Positions 16,778 through 27,233 of a stretch of 39,748 bases of DNA are shown here, piece by piece (the first letter of the stretch is position 1; each line of letters begins with the position of its first letter). Origin of the DNA: Acutalibacteraceae bacterium (GTDB lineage Bacteria > Bacillota > Clostridia > Oscillospirales > Acutalibacteraceae). The stretch is from positions 1 through 39,748 of the forward strand of contig JAXJVI010000099.1 of NCBI GenBank assembly GCA_036308615.1. Direction: 5' to 3'. Below the pieces are notes generated by a model. The model had not been told where the DNA came from and made no database searches. It worked only from the letters and a program-made list of their open reading frames with translations. The position numbers were made by a program, and so were the translations under genes.

Positions 16778-18966
16778 AGCCCGAACAGGAAAGAGATTAT
16801 CAAAAATTATACAAGCAAATGCAGGATTTCGGGGGCAGCTTTAACTATGATTTGGTAAGGCGCGCCTTTGAGTTTTGCGTCTTAAAGCATGAGGGGCAGA
16901 AGCGCTGTACAAACGAGGATTACTATATCCACCCCTTTAATGTGGCGCTTATTATCGTTACTCTCGGAATGGACAGCGAATCTATTGCCGCGGCACTTCT
17001 GCACGATGTTGTAGAGGATACCGACACAACGGTTGAGGACATAAGGCGCGGCTTCGGGGACGATGTGGCTCTGCTTGTGGACGGGGTCACAAAGATAGGA
17101 AGACTTAATTTCACCACCAAGGAGCAGCAGCAGGCGGAAAGCCTTAGAAAAATGCTCATAGCGATGGGTCAGGATATACGGGTTATTATTATTAAGCTGG
17201 CGGACAGACTGCACAATATGCGCACGATTGACGCTATGCCTGAGCAAAAACAGCGTGACAAATCTCTTGAAACGCTGGAAATTTACGCCCCGATTGCCCA
17301 CCGCTTAGGTATTCGCCCCGTAAAAGAGGAGCTTGAAGACCTTGCTATCAAGCACCTTGACCCGGTGGCTTATAAGGAAATTGAAAATTTACTGTCCCAT
17401 CGCAAACAGCACCGCGAGCAGATTTTAAAGGAAATTAAAACCAAAATAGAGGAACGCCTAAAAGAGGCTATGCCGGGCGTAGAAACGGCGTTTCAGAGCA
17501 GAGTTAAGTCAATTCACGGAATATACCGCAAAATGTATGTTCAGGGCAAGGATTTTGATGAGATTTACGATATTTACGCCATTAGAATCATAACCGATAC
17601 GGTGGCGAACTGCTACAACATTCTCGGTATTATGCACGATATGTTCAGACCTATTCCGAATAGGTTTAAGGACTATATTTCAACCCCCAAGCCTAATATG
17701 TACCAGTCGCTTCATACCACGGTTATAAGCCGCGCGGGAATACCCTTTGAAATACAGATCCGCACCTTTGAAATGCACCATACCGCCGAGTTCGGTATCG
17801 CCGCCCATTGGAAATACAAAGAGGGAATAACCGATAACGACAAAAAAATGGAGGACAGGCTCGCCTGGATTAGGCAGATTCTTGATTCTCAGGCGGCGTC
17901 AACCGATGCTTCCGACCTTGTTAGGAGTATTAAGGTAGACCTGTCGCAGGAGGATGTTTTCGCGGTTACCCCGAGGGGCGATGTTATAAATCTGCCTGTA
18001 GGGGCTACGGTTGTGGATTTTGCCTTTGCTATTCACTCGGCTGTAGGCACGAGAATGGTGGGCGCAAAGGTGGACGGCAAGATTGTGCCTATTAACCATC
18101 AGGTTAAAACAGGCGAGGTTATTGAGATTTTAACCACCAATCAGGCGGGCCACGGACCCAGCCGCGACTGGCTTAATATCGCGGTTACCTCTCAGGCGAA
18201 GTCAAAGATCCGTTCATGGTTTAAAAAGGAAAAGCGTACCGAGAATATTGCCGCGGGCAAGCTTGAAATTGAAAAGGAATTCCGCCGCGCGGGTATAGAT
18301 ATGCCCGAAGAGGAGTATGCCGAGTTTGTTGACGAGATAGCTAAAAGGCAGAAATTCACAAACGCAGAGGAGTTTTATGCCGCTATCGGCTACGGCGGGG
18401 TACTGCTTTCAAAAATAATGCCACGCATAAAAGAGGAATATAACAAAAAGCACGCGGCGGCAATGCCGGTTGAAATCACGGCAATACCCGAAAGGAAATC
18501 GACAAAATCCTCCGACGGCGTTATTGTTGACGGCATTGACAACTGCCTTATCAAGCTTTCAAAATGCTGTACTCCTTTGCCGGGGGACGATATAATAGGC
18601 TTTATCACAAGGGGTCACGGGGTTTCCATTCACAAGCGGGATTGCCCGAATGTACCTGTTAATATCGCCGATTCTCCCGAGCCCGAGCGTTGGATTCCCG
18701 CCCATTGGGACGGCACAAAAACCGATTCCTTTATATCGACCCTTCAAATCGCGGCTATCGACCGTGACGGAATTTTGCTTGATGTTATGAACGCGGTTTA
18801 CAATATGCGGGTTACCGCCCACAGCGTTACCGCCCGGCCTACAAAGAGCGGCAACTGTATTGTGGTGCTTACAATCTCGGTGGAGAGTGTGGAGCACTTA
18901 AAGAGCATTATTTCACGCCTTGAAAAGCTAAAGGGCGTGTTCAGTATTGAAAGGATAAATCAGTAA
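16774..18966 (+). CDS. relA: Bifunctional (p)ppGpp synthetase/hydrolase RelA/SpoT family
   Basis: 730 aa. HD domain (HDVVEDT), synthetase region (YISTPKPNMYQSLHTTV, FEIQIRT), and TGS and ACT domains at the C-terminus. ATGA overlap with recJ. Confidence 0.95.
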   Translation: MKPEQERDYQKLYKQMQDFGGSFNYDLVRRAFEFCVLKHEGQKRCTNEDYYIHPFNVALIIVTLGMDSESIAAALLHDVVEDTDTTVEDIRRGFGDDVALLVDGVTKIGRLNFTTKEQQQAESLRKMLIAMGQDIRVIIIKLADRLHNMRTIDAMPEQKQRDKSLETLEIYAPIAHRLGIRPVKEELEDLAIKHLDPVAYKEIENLLSHRKQHREQILKEIKTKIEERLKEAMPGVETAFQSRVKSIHGIYRKMYVQGKDFDEIYDIYAIRIITDTVANCYNILGIMHDMFRPIPNRFKDYISTPKPNMYQSLHTTVISRAGIPFEIQIRTFEMHHTAEFGIAAHWKYKEGITDNDKKMEDRLAWIRQILDSQAASTDASDLVRSIKVDLSQEDVFAVTPRGDVINLPVGATVVDFAFAIHSAVGTRMVGAKVDGKIVPINHQVKTGEVIEILTTNQAGHGPSRDWLNIAVTSQAKSKIRSWFKKEKRTENIAAGKLEIEKEFRRAGIDMPEEEYAEFVDEIAKRQKFTNAEEFYAAIGYGGVLLSKIMPRIKEEYNKKHAAAMPVEITAIPERKSTKSSDGVIVDGIDNCLIKLSKCCTPLPGDDIIGFITRGHGVSIHKRDCPNVPVNIADSPEPERWIPAHWDGTKTDSFISTLQIAAIDRDGILLDVMNAVYNMRVTAHSVTARPTKSGNCIVVLTISVESVEHLKSIISRLEKLKGVFSIERINQ

Positions 18967-19424
18967 TGAAGGCTGTAATTCAAAGGGTGGAGAGCGCGGC
19001 TGTTAAGGTGGACGGGAAGATTGTAGGCTCTTGCGGCGGGGGATATGTGATTCTTTTCGGAGCCGCCCAATGTGATACCGAGTATGAAGCCGAGCTGCTT
19101 GCGAGGAAAACGGTTAATCTCCGCGTTTTTTGTGATGAAAATGATAAAATGAATAAGTCTTTGCTTGATGTAGACGGCGAGATTTTAGCCGTTTCCCAGT
19201 TCACCCTTTGCGCCGATGTTAAAAAGGGCAACCGCCCCTCGTTTATCGGCGCGTTAGAGCCGCAAAGGGCTGAACAGCTTTATGATTATTATTGCGAAAA
19301 GCTTAAAGAGCTTGGCGTAAAGCGGGTTGAAAAGGGGATTTTCGGCGCGGATATGAAGGTTGAGCTTATAAACGACGGGCCTGTGACTATACTTTTTGAC
19401 ACGGATATATGGAGCAAAAAATGA
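18966..19424 (+). CDS. dtd: D-aminoacyl-tRNA deacylase
   Basis: 152 aa: MKAVIQRV...ILAVSQFTL...GNRPSF...NDGPVT. Canonical position after relA. Confidence 0.92.
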   Translation: MKAVIQRVESAAVKVDGKIVGSCGGGYVILFGAAQCDTEYEAELLARKTVNLRVFCDENDKMNKSLLDVDGEILAVSQFTLCADVKKGNRPSFIGALEPQRAEQLYDYYCEKLKELGVKRVEKGIFGADMKVELINDGPVTILFDTDIWSKK

Positions 19425-20032
19425 AAATCAAAACCTTGCATTTAGGACTTATAAAAACAAACTGCTACCTGCTTTCGACCGAAAGGGCGGCGGTTGTAAT
19501 AGACCCTGGCTTTGTAAGACCGGGAACGCTTGATTTTTTTAACGCAAACGCCGATAAAGAAAGGCTTATTCTTCTTACCCACGCCCATTTTGACCATATC
19601 GGCGGGGCGGAGGCTTTGCGCGAAAAAACCGGCGTCAAAATAGGAATAGGTGAGGGAGACGCGGAGGGACTTTCCGATACCGCGCTTAACCTATCCGATA
19701 TGTTCCACGCGCATATATCGCCCTTTAAGCCTGATTTTACCTATAAAAACGGCGATATAATAACAGTAGGGGATATTGAACTTAAGGTTATAAGTACGCC
19801 GGGGCATACCGTAGGCGGTGTTTCCTATCTTACGGGGGACTGCCTTTTTTCCGGTGATACATTGTTTGAAAATTCCATAGGCCGTACAGATTTTCCCGGC
19901 GGCGACTTAAAGGTGCTTCAGCGCTCGGTAAAAAAGCTTATGGCTCTTCCGCCCCTAACTAAGGTTTATCCCGGTCACGGCTATTCCACGACTATTGCGA
20001 GAGAAAAAGAAAACAATATGTTTGTACGGTGA
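19421..20032 (+). CDS. MBL-fold metallo-hydrolase (glyoxalase II-like)
   Basis: LTHAHFDHIGG motif. Start chosen at MKIKTLHLG (ATGA overlap with the dtd stop). Confidence 0.85.
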   Translation: MKIKTLHLGLIKTNCYLLSTERAAVVIDPGFVRPGTLDFFNANADKERLILLTHAHFDHIGGAEALREKTGVKIGIGEGDAEGLSDTALNLSDMFHAHISPFKPDFTYKNGDIITVGDIELKVISTPGHTVGGVSYLTGDCLFSGDTLFENSIGRTDFPGGDLKVLQRSVKKLMALPPLTKVYPGHGYSTTIAREKENNMFVR

Positions 20033-20036
20033 GAAA

Positions 20037-21518
20037 ATGAAGCTTTGCCTTATAAATCATTCATATAAATATGAGCTTGAAAAGCTTATAAGAATTTTTT
20101 TGCCCTTTGAAAAGATTGAGTTTTGCGAACGGGAAGAAAGGGAGGATCGCGCTTCAATAACCTCGCTTTTAAAGGGTGAAAAAGAAACTCGGCTTTCGGC
20201 TGAGCTTTTAATCGATAAAAAAAGCTTTAAATTTTCCGAAACCCTTTCAAACGAAAACACAGACTATGATAATGAATGCGAACGGCTTTTGGCGGTAGCT
20301 CTTTATAACTGCTTTGTTGCCGCCTCGGGCTATATCCCCGAGTGGGGAATACTTACGGGGGTTCGTCCTGCAAAGCTTTTCTCCCGCCTGTCTGCCGCTA
20401 ACGGCAGGGCTTCGGCGGAGGAATGGTTTAAAAAGGGGCTTATGGTAAGCGATAACAAAATTTCCCTTTGCAGGGAGACGGTGGAAAGCGAGAACAGAAT
20501 TACCGCCCTTTCCTCTCCCGATTCCTACAGTCTTTATATTTCCGTACCCTTTTGCCCTACAAGGTGCGCCTATTGCTCCTTTGTATCCCACTCGATAGAG
20601 CAGGCAAAGGGCTTGATACCCGACTATATAAGGCTTTTAAAGGAGGAATTAAGGCTTACCGCCGAAATTGCAAAAAAGCTTAATTTAAGACTTGAAACGG
20701 TATATATCGGCGGGGGGACTCCCACCGCTCTTACCGCAGACCAAATAGGCGAAATTATGACGGCGGTTAAAGCCTGTTTTGACCTGTCCCGCTTGCGGGA
20801 ATACACGGTTGAGGCGGGCAGACCCGATACCGTGACAAGGGAAAAGCTCGATACAATAAAGAGTCTCGGGGCGACCAGAATCAGCATAAATCCCCAGACT
20901 ATGAACGATGAGGTGCTTAAGAATATAGGCAGACGCCACACAGCCGAGGAGACCGAAAAGGCATTTTTGCTTGCGAGGGAATGCGGATTTGACAATATTA
21001 ATACCGATTTAATTGCGGGACTTCACGGTGATACATTTGAAAGCTTTAAAGAGACTGTCAGTCGGGTGTTGGCGCTTGAGCCTGAAAGCGTGACGGTTCA
21101 TTCACTTTCTATGAAACGATCCTCTACCCTTAATGTAAACGGACTGTTCCCCGAGGCTAAAATGGGCGAGGAAGCGGCAAAAATGGTGAACTTTGCCCGG
21201 GAAACCCTCACGGAAAAGGGGATTTTTCCGTGTTATATGTATAGGCAGAGCAAGACCGTGGGTAATCTTGAAAATGTAGGCTATGCTAAAAGGGGCAGGG
21301 AGTGCCTTTACAATGTTTACACAATGGACGAAACCCATACGGTTTTAGCCTGCGGCGCGTCGGCGGTTACTAAGCTCAGAGAGCCGAACGGGCCGTATAT
21401 TGAAAGAATATTTAACTATAAATACCCGTATGAATATATAAGCCGCTTTAATGAGCTGGCGGTGAGAAAGGACGGTGTTTTAAGGTTTTATGAAAAATAC
21501 CCTGCAAACAATAAATGA
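20037..21518 (+). CDS. hemZ: Radical SAM coproporphyrinogen-dehydrogenase-like protein (HemZ type)
   Basis: Start at MKLCLINHSYKYELEKL after a GGTGAG RBS. CPTRCAYCSF (CxxxCxxC) cluster motif. HemN-like length. Confidence 0.75.
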   Translation: MKLCLINHSYKYELEKLIRIFLPFEKIEFCEREEREDRASITSLLKGEKETRLSAELLIDKKSFKFSETLSNENTDYDNECERLLAVALYNCFVAASGYIPEWGILTGVRPAKLFSRLSAANGRASAEEWFKKGLMVSDNKISLCRETVESENRITALSSPDSYSLYISVPFCPTRCAYCSFVSHSIEQAKGLIPDYIRLLKEELRLTAEIAKKLNLRLETVYIGGGTPTALTADQIGEIMTAVKACFDLSRLREYTVEAGRPDTVTREKLDTIKSLGATRISINPQTMNDEVLKNIGRRHTAEETEKAFLLARECGFDNINTDLIAGLHGDTFESFKETVSRVLALEPESVTVHSLSMKRSSTLNVNGLFPEAKMGEEAAKMVNFARETLTEKGIFPCYMYRQSKTVGNLENVGYAKRGRECLYNVYTMDETHTVLACGASAVTKLREPNGPYIERIFNYKYPYEYISRFNELAVRKDGVLRFYEKYPANNK

Positions 21519-22422
21519 TTTGGCGCTTAATAATCCGAAGGAGCTGGTGTCCCGTGCCGAAGGGCATTACGAAGGCGAGCTTGCCGAAATTGCCGCTAGA
21601 ATAGCCGATGACGACGATATAAAGATCGTGGCGTTAGCGGGCCCCTCGGCGTCGGGAAAAACCACAACGGCGCATATACTTTGCGAAAAGCTGAGAAGCC
21701 TGGGGGAAGAAATCGAGATAATATCTCTTGACGATTTTTATTTACCTGTGGATAAGCTTCCCGTATCAGAAGACGGCACTAAAGACATTGAATCGGTAAA
21801 CGCGCTTGATATTAAGCTTTTGAACAAATGCTTTAGCGAGATTATAGAAACCGGTAGGACGGTACTGCCAAAATTTAACTTTTCCGAAAAAAAGCGTATT
21901 TTAGAGGCGCGCAGTATCGATGTTTCGAGAAAAGGGATAGCGATAGTAGAAGGGCTTCACGCGCTGAATCCGCTTATAACCGATTTAGTGCCGCGAAAGA
22001 ATATATTTAAGGCGTATATCAGCGTAAACCGCGGCATTGAAAACGGGGACGGCAGTAAGCTTTTGTCAAGCAAGCAAATAAGGCTTATAAGGCGGGTGCT
22101 CCGCGACCGAACCTTCAGAGGAACTCCCGTGAGTGAGACCCTCTCCCTTTGGAAGGGGGTTGTTGAGGGGGAGGAAAAGTATCTTTACTGCTTCAAGGAT
22201 AGCGCCGACGCGCAGATTAAAACCCTGCATATATATGAGCCCTGCCTTTACAGAAACGAGTTTTTAAAGCTCACGGACGAGGTAAAAGAGGGCACACCCT
22301 TTAAAGACTATTTTTTAAAAACGGCTAAGGCTATCGAACAATTTGTCCCGATCGATATATCGCTTTTGCCCCCCGATTCCCTTATTACGGAATTTGTGGG
22401 AAACGGTAAATATCAGCTTTAG
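21490..22422 (+). CDS. Uridine kinase/phosphoribulokinase-family P-loop ATPase
   Basis: 310 aa. Walker A is LAGPSASGKTT. Overlaps the hemZ 3' end by 29 nt. Confidence 0.7.
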   Translation: MKNTLQTINDLALNNPKELVSRAEGHYEGELAEIAARIADDDDIKIVALAGPSASGKTTTAHILCEKLRSLGEEIEIISLDDFYLPVDKLPVSEDGTKDIESVNALDIKLLNKCFSEIIETGRTVLPKFNFSEKKRILEARSIDVSRKGIAIVEGLHALNPLITDLVPRKNIFKAYISVNRGIENGDGSKLLSSKQIRLIRRVLRDRTFRGTPVSETLSLWKGVVEGEEKYLYCFKDSADAQIKTLHIYEPCLYRNEFLKLTDEVKEGTPFKDYFLKTAKAIEQFVPIDISLLPPDSLITEFVGNGKYQL

Positions 22423-22480
22423 GCATACTTGAAATGTTCATAAAAATATGATAGAATAAGAAAAAACGGAGGTTTTAACA

Positions 22481-22870
22481 ATGGATTTTTTTGACGATAT
22501 GCTAAATAAGGCTAAAGACGCGATTGATGTTGCCTCTAAGAAGACGGGCGAGGTTGTGAACACTCAAAAGCAGAAATTCGATGTAGCTTCTCTCGAAAGC
22601 AAAAGAGCAAAGGATTTTGCGGTTTTGGGCGAGATTTATTACAATAAAATCAAGGACGGAGAGGCTGCAGACGAAAACATAAGCGAGCTTGTGCTGTCCA
22701 TAAAGGAAAAAAGCGAGAAGATCGATATGCTTAAGGCGGAGATTAACAACGCGAAAAATAAACGCATCTGCCCTAAGTGCGGGGCGTCAATCGACCAAAT
22801 CTCAAATTATTGCAGCGCCTGCGGCGAAAAGCTTTTTTACGACAGCGAAGAGGACAAGACAGAGGAATAA
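22481..22870 (+). CDS. Zinc-ribbon domain protein with N-terminal coiled coil
   Basis: 129 aa with GGAGG RBS. C-terminal CPKCGASIDQISNYCSACGEKL. Confidence 0.7.
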   Translation: MDFFDDMLNKAKDAIDVASKKTGEVVNTQKQKFDVASLESKRAKDFAVLGEIYYNKIKDGEAADENISELVLSIKEKSEKIDMLKAEINNAKNKRICPKCGASIDQISNYCSACGEKLFYDSEEDKTEE

Positions 22871-22871
22871 C

Positions 22872-22896
22872 GGGCGGTTTTCCGCCCTTTATTTTT
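22872..22896 (+). terminator. Rho-independent terminator
   Basis: GGGCGG-TTTT-CCGCCC followed by TTTATTTTT. Confidence 0.85.
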
Positions 22897-22919
22897 GCTG
22901 AGATTAACGGAGAAAATAT

Positions 22920-23621
22920 ATGGAAAAAAATAAAAAAATCGGCATAATCGTTGCCGACGCAGACGAGTTTGCGCCCCTTGAGGAAAATATCAAAAAAGGC
23001 GAATATACCGAGAGGACTTTTTTAAAAAGAAAAATATTGGAATTTAAAAAAGGGAACGCGGACATTTGCGCTATGCTTTGCGGAATCGGCAAGGTGAACG
23101 CGGCGTCGGGTACCGCCCATTTGATTGATACAGGCTGTGAAATTATACTTAACTACGGGCTTTCGGGCGGAATAAGCGGCATAAGGCGGGGCGAAATTTG
23201 CCTTTGCAATAGGTTTTTGGAACACGATTTTAACCTTACGACAATCGGCTATAAGCCCTGCGAAAAGCCGGGTCAGGAAAGCTTTGTTTATAATTCGGAC
23301 AAGCGCCTTGGCGGTGTTGTAAAATCCCTTTTGCCCGGTATTAAAGAGGGTCTTGCCGCTACAGGCGACTGCTTTGTCTGCGATGAAAAACTTCGCGGCT
23401 TTTTAAAGGAAGATTTCGGCGCTATGTGCTGTGATATGGAGACAGCAGCAATAGCCTATGTATGCGAGTATGCGGGCGTACCCTTTGCCGCGGTGCGCAG
23501 GGTCTCCGATGACGCGGGGGAATCGGCGCTTGAAAGCTACCGTGAAATGAATACTTCGGGGGAGACGGTTTTATCCGATTTTATACTCGAGTGCGCCGAA
23601 AAGGCGGCAAATGAGCTGTGA
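22920..23621 (+). CDS. mtnN: 5'-methylthioadenosine/S-adenosylhomocysteine nucleosidase
   Basis: 233 aa: IGIIVADADEF, LNYGLSGG, CCDMETAAIAYVC (PNP_UDP_1 family pattern). Confidence 0.85.
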   Translation: MEKNKKIGIIVADADEFAPLEENIKKGEYTERTFLKRKILEFKKGNADICAMLCGIGKVNAASGTAHLIDTGCEIILNYGLSGGISGIRRGEICLCNRFLEHDFNLTTIGYKPCEKPGQESFVYNSDKRLGGVVKSLLPGIKEGLAATGDCFVCDEKLRGFLKEDFGAMCCDMETAAIAYVCEYAGVPFAAVRRVSDDAGESALESYREMNTSGETVLSDFILECAEKAANEL

Positions 23622-25305
23622 TATGAAAAACGGAGAAAAGGGCTTTCAGCGGGGCGCCTTTCTGCTTTTGTGCTCGGCGGTTGTTGTAAAGCTTATAGGC
23701 GCGCTTTTTAAAATTCCGCTTTCAAGTAAATACTGCTTGGGCGATTTGGGCTTTGGATATTTTTCCTCCGCCTACGATTTGTTTACGCCTTTTTACGCCC
23801 TTGCTATGGCGGGGCTCCCTGTCGCAGTCTCAAAAACGGTTTCGGAACACTTAGCAAAGGGCAGATACGGCGATGTAAGGCAGACGCTTAAGGTGAGCCG
23901 CAGAGTATATCTCGCGGCGGGGCTTATCTGCTTTTTGTGCCTTGGGGTGTTTATTTATCCCTTTTCAAGGCTCACCGATTCTACGGGAGCGGGAATTTAC
24001 TCCCTTTTAGCAATGACCCCGTCGGTTATTTTTTGCTGTCTTATGTCCTCTTACCGTGGGTATTATCAGGGGCTTAACAATATGCTCCCGACGGCGGTTT
24101 CCGAGCTTTTAGAGGCGCTTTGCAAGCTTGTATTGGGCTTTGGCTTCGGGCTTTTAACAGTTAAAATAACCGGCAATGTTGCTTTCGGCGCGGCGGCGGC
24201 GATTTTCGGAATTACGGTGGGTACGGCGGTATCAACCCTTTATTTAAAGCTTTATCACAAATTCAAGGGGGACGGTATTTCTCCCGATGAATTGTCGGGC
24301 AGTCCGATTAGGGGCAGTAGCAGTTCTGCCGCAAAAGCCCTGGTTTTGATTGCCGTTCCGGTAGCCCTCGCCTCCCTTGCGGGGAATATCACCCTTATCA
24401 TTGACGCGCTTACCGTAAGGCGGCAGTTAGGCGGGCTTGACGAAGGCTCCTTTAATATTATAAGGGAAATGTACGCCTTTTCGGTAGCCGACTACAATAA
24501 AACTGCGGCGGCTCCGATAACAAACGGCGAGCTTTCTGCTCTGCTTTACGGCATAAGGGGAAAGGCGTACACGCTTTTTAATCTGGTTCCAACCCTTACT
24601 GCCGTTATCGGAGTAAGCGCTGTTCCTGTAATTGCGGGACTTAATGCCGAAAAGGATTATAAGGCTTTAAACCGCAATTTAAACTCCGCCTTAAAGCTTG
24701 CCTCCCTTATTTCTTTCCCGGCGGGAGTGGGGCTTTTTGTCGCTTCCGACAGGATAATGGAGCTTTTGTACGACAGCGTCGCCTCGGTCGAAATAGGTGC
24801 GCCTATGTTGGAACTGTTCGGTGCTTCGGCGGTTTTCGCGGGTATAGCTATTCCCTTAACGGGGATTTTGCAGGGCATAGGAAAACAAAAATCGGCGCTT
24901 ATAAATATCGCGGCAGGCGCGGCGGTTAAGCTTATAATAGGGCTGCTCACCGTAGCTGTTCCCGAAATTAATGTTAAGGGGGCGGCTTTCGGCACGCTTG
25001 CCTGCTATGCTGTGATATTTATTTTGCATATTGCCGTTTTGCTTAAATGTAAAGGAATTTCGCTGAATGTTAAAGCCGTGTTTTTAAAACCCCTTGTTGC
25101 CGCATTGCTTTGCGGACTTGTCGCGGGGGCGGTTTTATATATCGGAGACTCGTTTTTTATCACGGTTTCGGCAATTTTCGCCGCGGCGGCGGTATATATA
25201 ATTTTCCTTATTTTGGCAAATACTGTTGATGAAAGCGATTTTAATTCTCTTCCTAAGGCGGAAAAAATCATAAATTTTTGTAAAAAACATAGAATTATAC
25301 GCTGA
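23611..25305 (+). CDS. MOP-superfamily flippase (YabM/SpoVB/MurJ-like polysaccharide biosynthesis protein)
   Basis: 564-aa polytopic membrane protein. Its position upstream of hup-yabO-yabP-yabQ-divIC mirrors Bacillus yabM. Confidence 0.75.
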   Translation: MSCDMKNGEKGFQRGAFLLLCSAVVVKLIGALFKIPLSSKYCLGDLGFGYFSSAYDLFTPFYALAMAGLPVAVSKTVSEHLAKGRYGDVRQTLKVSRRVYLAAGLICFLCLGVFIYPFSRLTDSTGAGIYSLLAMTPSVIFCCLMSSYRGYYQGLNNMLPTAVSELLEALCKLVLGFGFGLLTVKITGNVAFGAAAAIFGITVGTAVSTLYLKLYHKFKGDGISPDELSGSPIRGSSSSAAKALVLIAVPVALASLAGNITLIIDALTVRRQLGGLDEGSFNIIREMYAFSVADYNKTAAAPITNGELSALLYGIRGKAYTLFNLVPTLTAVIGVSAVPVIAGLNAEKDYKALNRNLNSALKLASLISFPAGVGLFVASDRIMELLYDSVASVEIGAPMLELFGASAVFAGIAIPLTGILQGIGKQKSALINIAAGAAVKLIIGLLTVAVPEINVKGAAFGTLACYAVIFILHIAVLLKCKGISLNVKAVFLKPLVAALLCGLVAGAVLYIGDSFFITVSAIFAAAAVYIIFLILANTVDESDFNSLPKAEKIINFCKKHRIIR

Positions 25306-25484
25306 TTTTCCGCTTTAAAAAAGTGTTTTTTATGTTTTTTTACAGAAAATTTAAAATATATACGAAAATAGATTGATTTTTTCTTAAAAGTATGGTAAAA
25401 ATATATAGTACAGGCTTAAGTCTGTATATTTAATCTTTCTAACGGAGTTATTCGTTGAAAAAAATAATTTTGGAGGTTTTTAAA

Positions 25485-25760
25485 ATGAACAAAACAGAGT
25501 TAGTAGCAGCTATGGCTGATAAGGCCGGTCTTTCTAAGAAGGACGCAGAAAAGGCTCTCGTTGCTTTTCTTGACACCGTTACAGACGAGTTAAAGAAGGG
25601 CGAGAAGGTTCAGCTCGTAGGCTTCGGTACCTTTGAGGTTCGTGAGCGCGGGGAAAGAACAGGTATCAACCCCCAGACTAAGCAGACCATTAAGATTGCC
25701 GCTTCCAAGAATCCGGTATTCAAGGCAGGAAAGGCTCTTAAGGATACAGTTTCCAAATAA
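25485..25760 (+). CDS. hup: DNA-binding protein HU
   Basis: [25 protein letters not shown]...[28 protein letters not shown]. Confidence 0.95.
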   Translation: MNKTELVAAMADKAGLSKKDAEKALVAFLDTVTDELKKGEKVQLVGFGTFEVRERGERTGINPQTKQTIKIAASKNPVFKAGKALKDTVSK

Positions 25761-25775
25761 TTTACTTAAATTCGT

Positions 25776-25804
25776 GAGCCGTCCGTAAGGGCGGCTCTAT
25801 CTTT
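25776..25804 (+). terminator. Rho-independent terminator after hup
   Basis: GAGCCGTCC-GTAA-GGGCGGCTC followed by TATCTTT. Confidence 0.7.
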
Positions 25805-25815
25805 AGGAGAAGAAA

Positions 25816-26058
25816 ATGCGACTTGATAAATATTTAAAGGTTTCGAGAATAATTAAAAGGCGTACGGTCGCGAACGAGGCGTGCGACGCGGGCAGAGTTA
25901 CGGTAAACGGCAAGCAGGCGCGGGCTTCCTATGATGTCAAGGTGGGGGATATTATCGAAATATCCTTCGGCGCCAGAGATTTTAAAGCGGAGGTCACCTC
26001 GGTGGCGGAGACCGTCAAAAAGGACGACGCGGCGGGACTTTATAAAGTTATTTCTTAA
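25816..26058 (+). CDS. S4-domain RNA-binding protein (YabO/Hsp15-like)
   Basis: 80 aa: MRLDKYLKVSRIIKRRTVANEACDAGRVTVNG. Confidence 0.85.
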   Translation: MRLDKYLKVSRIIKRRTVANEACDAGRVTVNGKQARASYDVKVGDIIEISFGARDFKAEVTSVAETVKKDDAAGLYKVIS

Positions 26059-26107
26059 AAGATACAGCGTAATAAAACACCTTTCTTTTAAATATATTTA
26101 ATTAGAG

Positions 26108-26386
26108 GTGTTGGCTGTGGAAGAAAATGTGCGCTTAAATCATAATATAATAGTTGAGGACCGCAAAAAAATGACCCTTACGGGGGTAAAGGATGTTCTT
26201 TCCTTTGACGAGGAGACCGTGGTGCTTGATACCTCCCTCGGAAGGCTTACAGTAAAGGGCTCGGGATTGCATATAGTAAATTTCGATACCAAAAGCGGCG
26301 ACCTTTCGGCAGAGGGGCGACTTTACGCCCTTGTATACACCTCGGAGGAGAAAAGCGGCGGTGTATTTTCCCGTATTTTCAGGTGA
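26108..26386 (+). CDS. yabP: Sporulation protein YabP
   Basis: 92 aa: LTLTGVKDVLSFDEETVVLDTSLGRLTVKGSGLHI. The start may be the GTG at 26117. Confidence 0.85.
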   Translation: MLAVEENVRLNHNIIVEDRKKMTLTGVKDVLSFDEETVVLDTSLGRLTVKGSGLHIVNFDTKSGDLSAEGRLYALVYTSEEKSGGVFSRIFR

Positions 26387-26389
26387 GCT

Positions 26390-26848
26390 ATGTGGGAAAT
26401 AGATAACCTTTCTCAACTGCTCGGCTTTTTATATTCCGCCGCCTTGGGCGGCATTTACTGTATTGTTTACGATTTTCTGCGTGTGTTAAGAAAAGAAATT
26501 AAATTCGGTACAGCCGCGGTTTTTGTTTCGGATATTTTATATTCCCTTTTTTGCGCCGTCATCTGCTTTTGCTTTTTGCTTTCGGTAACGGGAGGTCAGC
26601 CCCGCGCCTTTGTTTTTGCCGGAGCGGCAGCCGGCTTTGCGGCAACAAGGCTTACGGTTTCACGCATTTTGTTTTTTGTACTTTCCAAAGCGTTAAGGGC
26701 AATACAGCTTATTTTTAAACAGATTTTGGCGCTTTTAAGCCGATTTTTCACCGTGATTACAGCGCAAACGGAGCTTTTGAGCAAAAAAGTTAAAAAAATA
26801 TGCGGTTTAACCTTAAATACTTTAAAAAAACACTTGAAAAAGAAGTAG
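26390..26848 (+). CDS. yabQ: Spore cortex biosynthesis protein YabQ
   Basis: 152-aa membrane protein immediately after yabP. Confidence 0.8.
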   Translation: MWEIDNLSQLLGFLYSAALGGIYCIVYDFLRVLRKEIKFGTAAVFVSDILYSLFCAVICFCFLLSVTGGQPRAFVFAGAAAGFAATRLTVSRILFFVLSKALRAIQLIFKQILALLSRFFTVITAQTELLSKKVKKICGLTLNTLKKHLKKK

Positions 26849-26902
26849 TATTTGTTGTATACTAAAACCTAATAAAGGATTAGTCTGCGAAGACGCATTT
26901 TT

Positions 26903-27208
26903 ATGGAGCGCCGAGTTATGAAAAAGAAAAACAGAAAGAACAAAAGCGTTTTACTGCGGGTCTTGATTTTGGGCGTCTGCATTTATATGATAGCCACCCT
27001 TTCAGGACTTTGGAGTACCCTTAATCAGAGCCGTAAGGAGCTTGAAACCCTAAAGGCGGAGTACGCCGAGGAGCAAAACGATATCGAAGAGCTTCGCGCA
27101 ATGCTGGAGGACGGCTCGCAGTCACAAATTATCGAAAAAGCGGCAAGAGAAAGACTGGGCTACATCTATCCTGACGAGCAGGTTTTTATAGATATTTCAG
27201 GCAATTAA
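26903..27208 (+). CDS. divIC: Septum formation initiator (DivIC/FtsB family)
   Basis: 101 aa with one TM segment (VLLRVLILGVCIYMIATL) followed by a coiled coil. Conserved gene order. Confidence 0.8.
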   Translation: MERRVMKKKNRKNKSVLLRVLILGVCIYMIATLSGLWSTLNQSRKELETLKAEYAEEQNDIEELRAMLEDGSQSQIIEKAARERLGYIYPDEQVFIDISGN

Positions 27209-27233
27209 TTTTTGAGGAGGACACAAAGCTTAT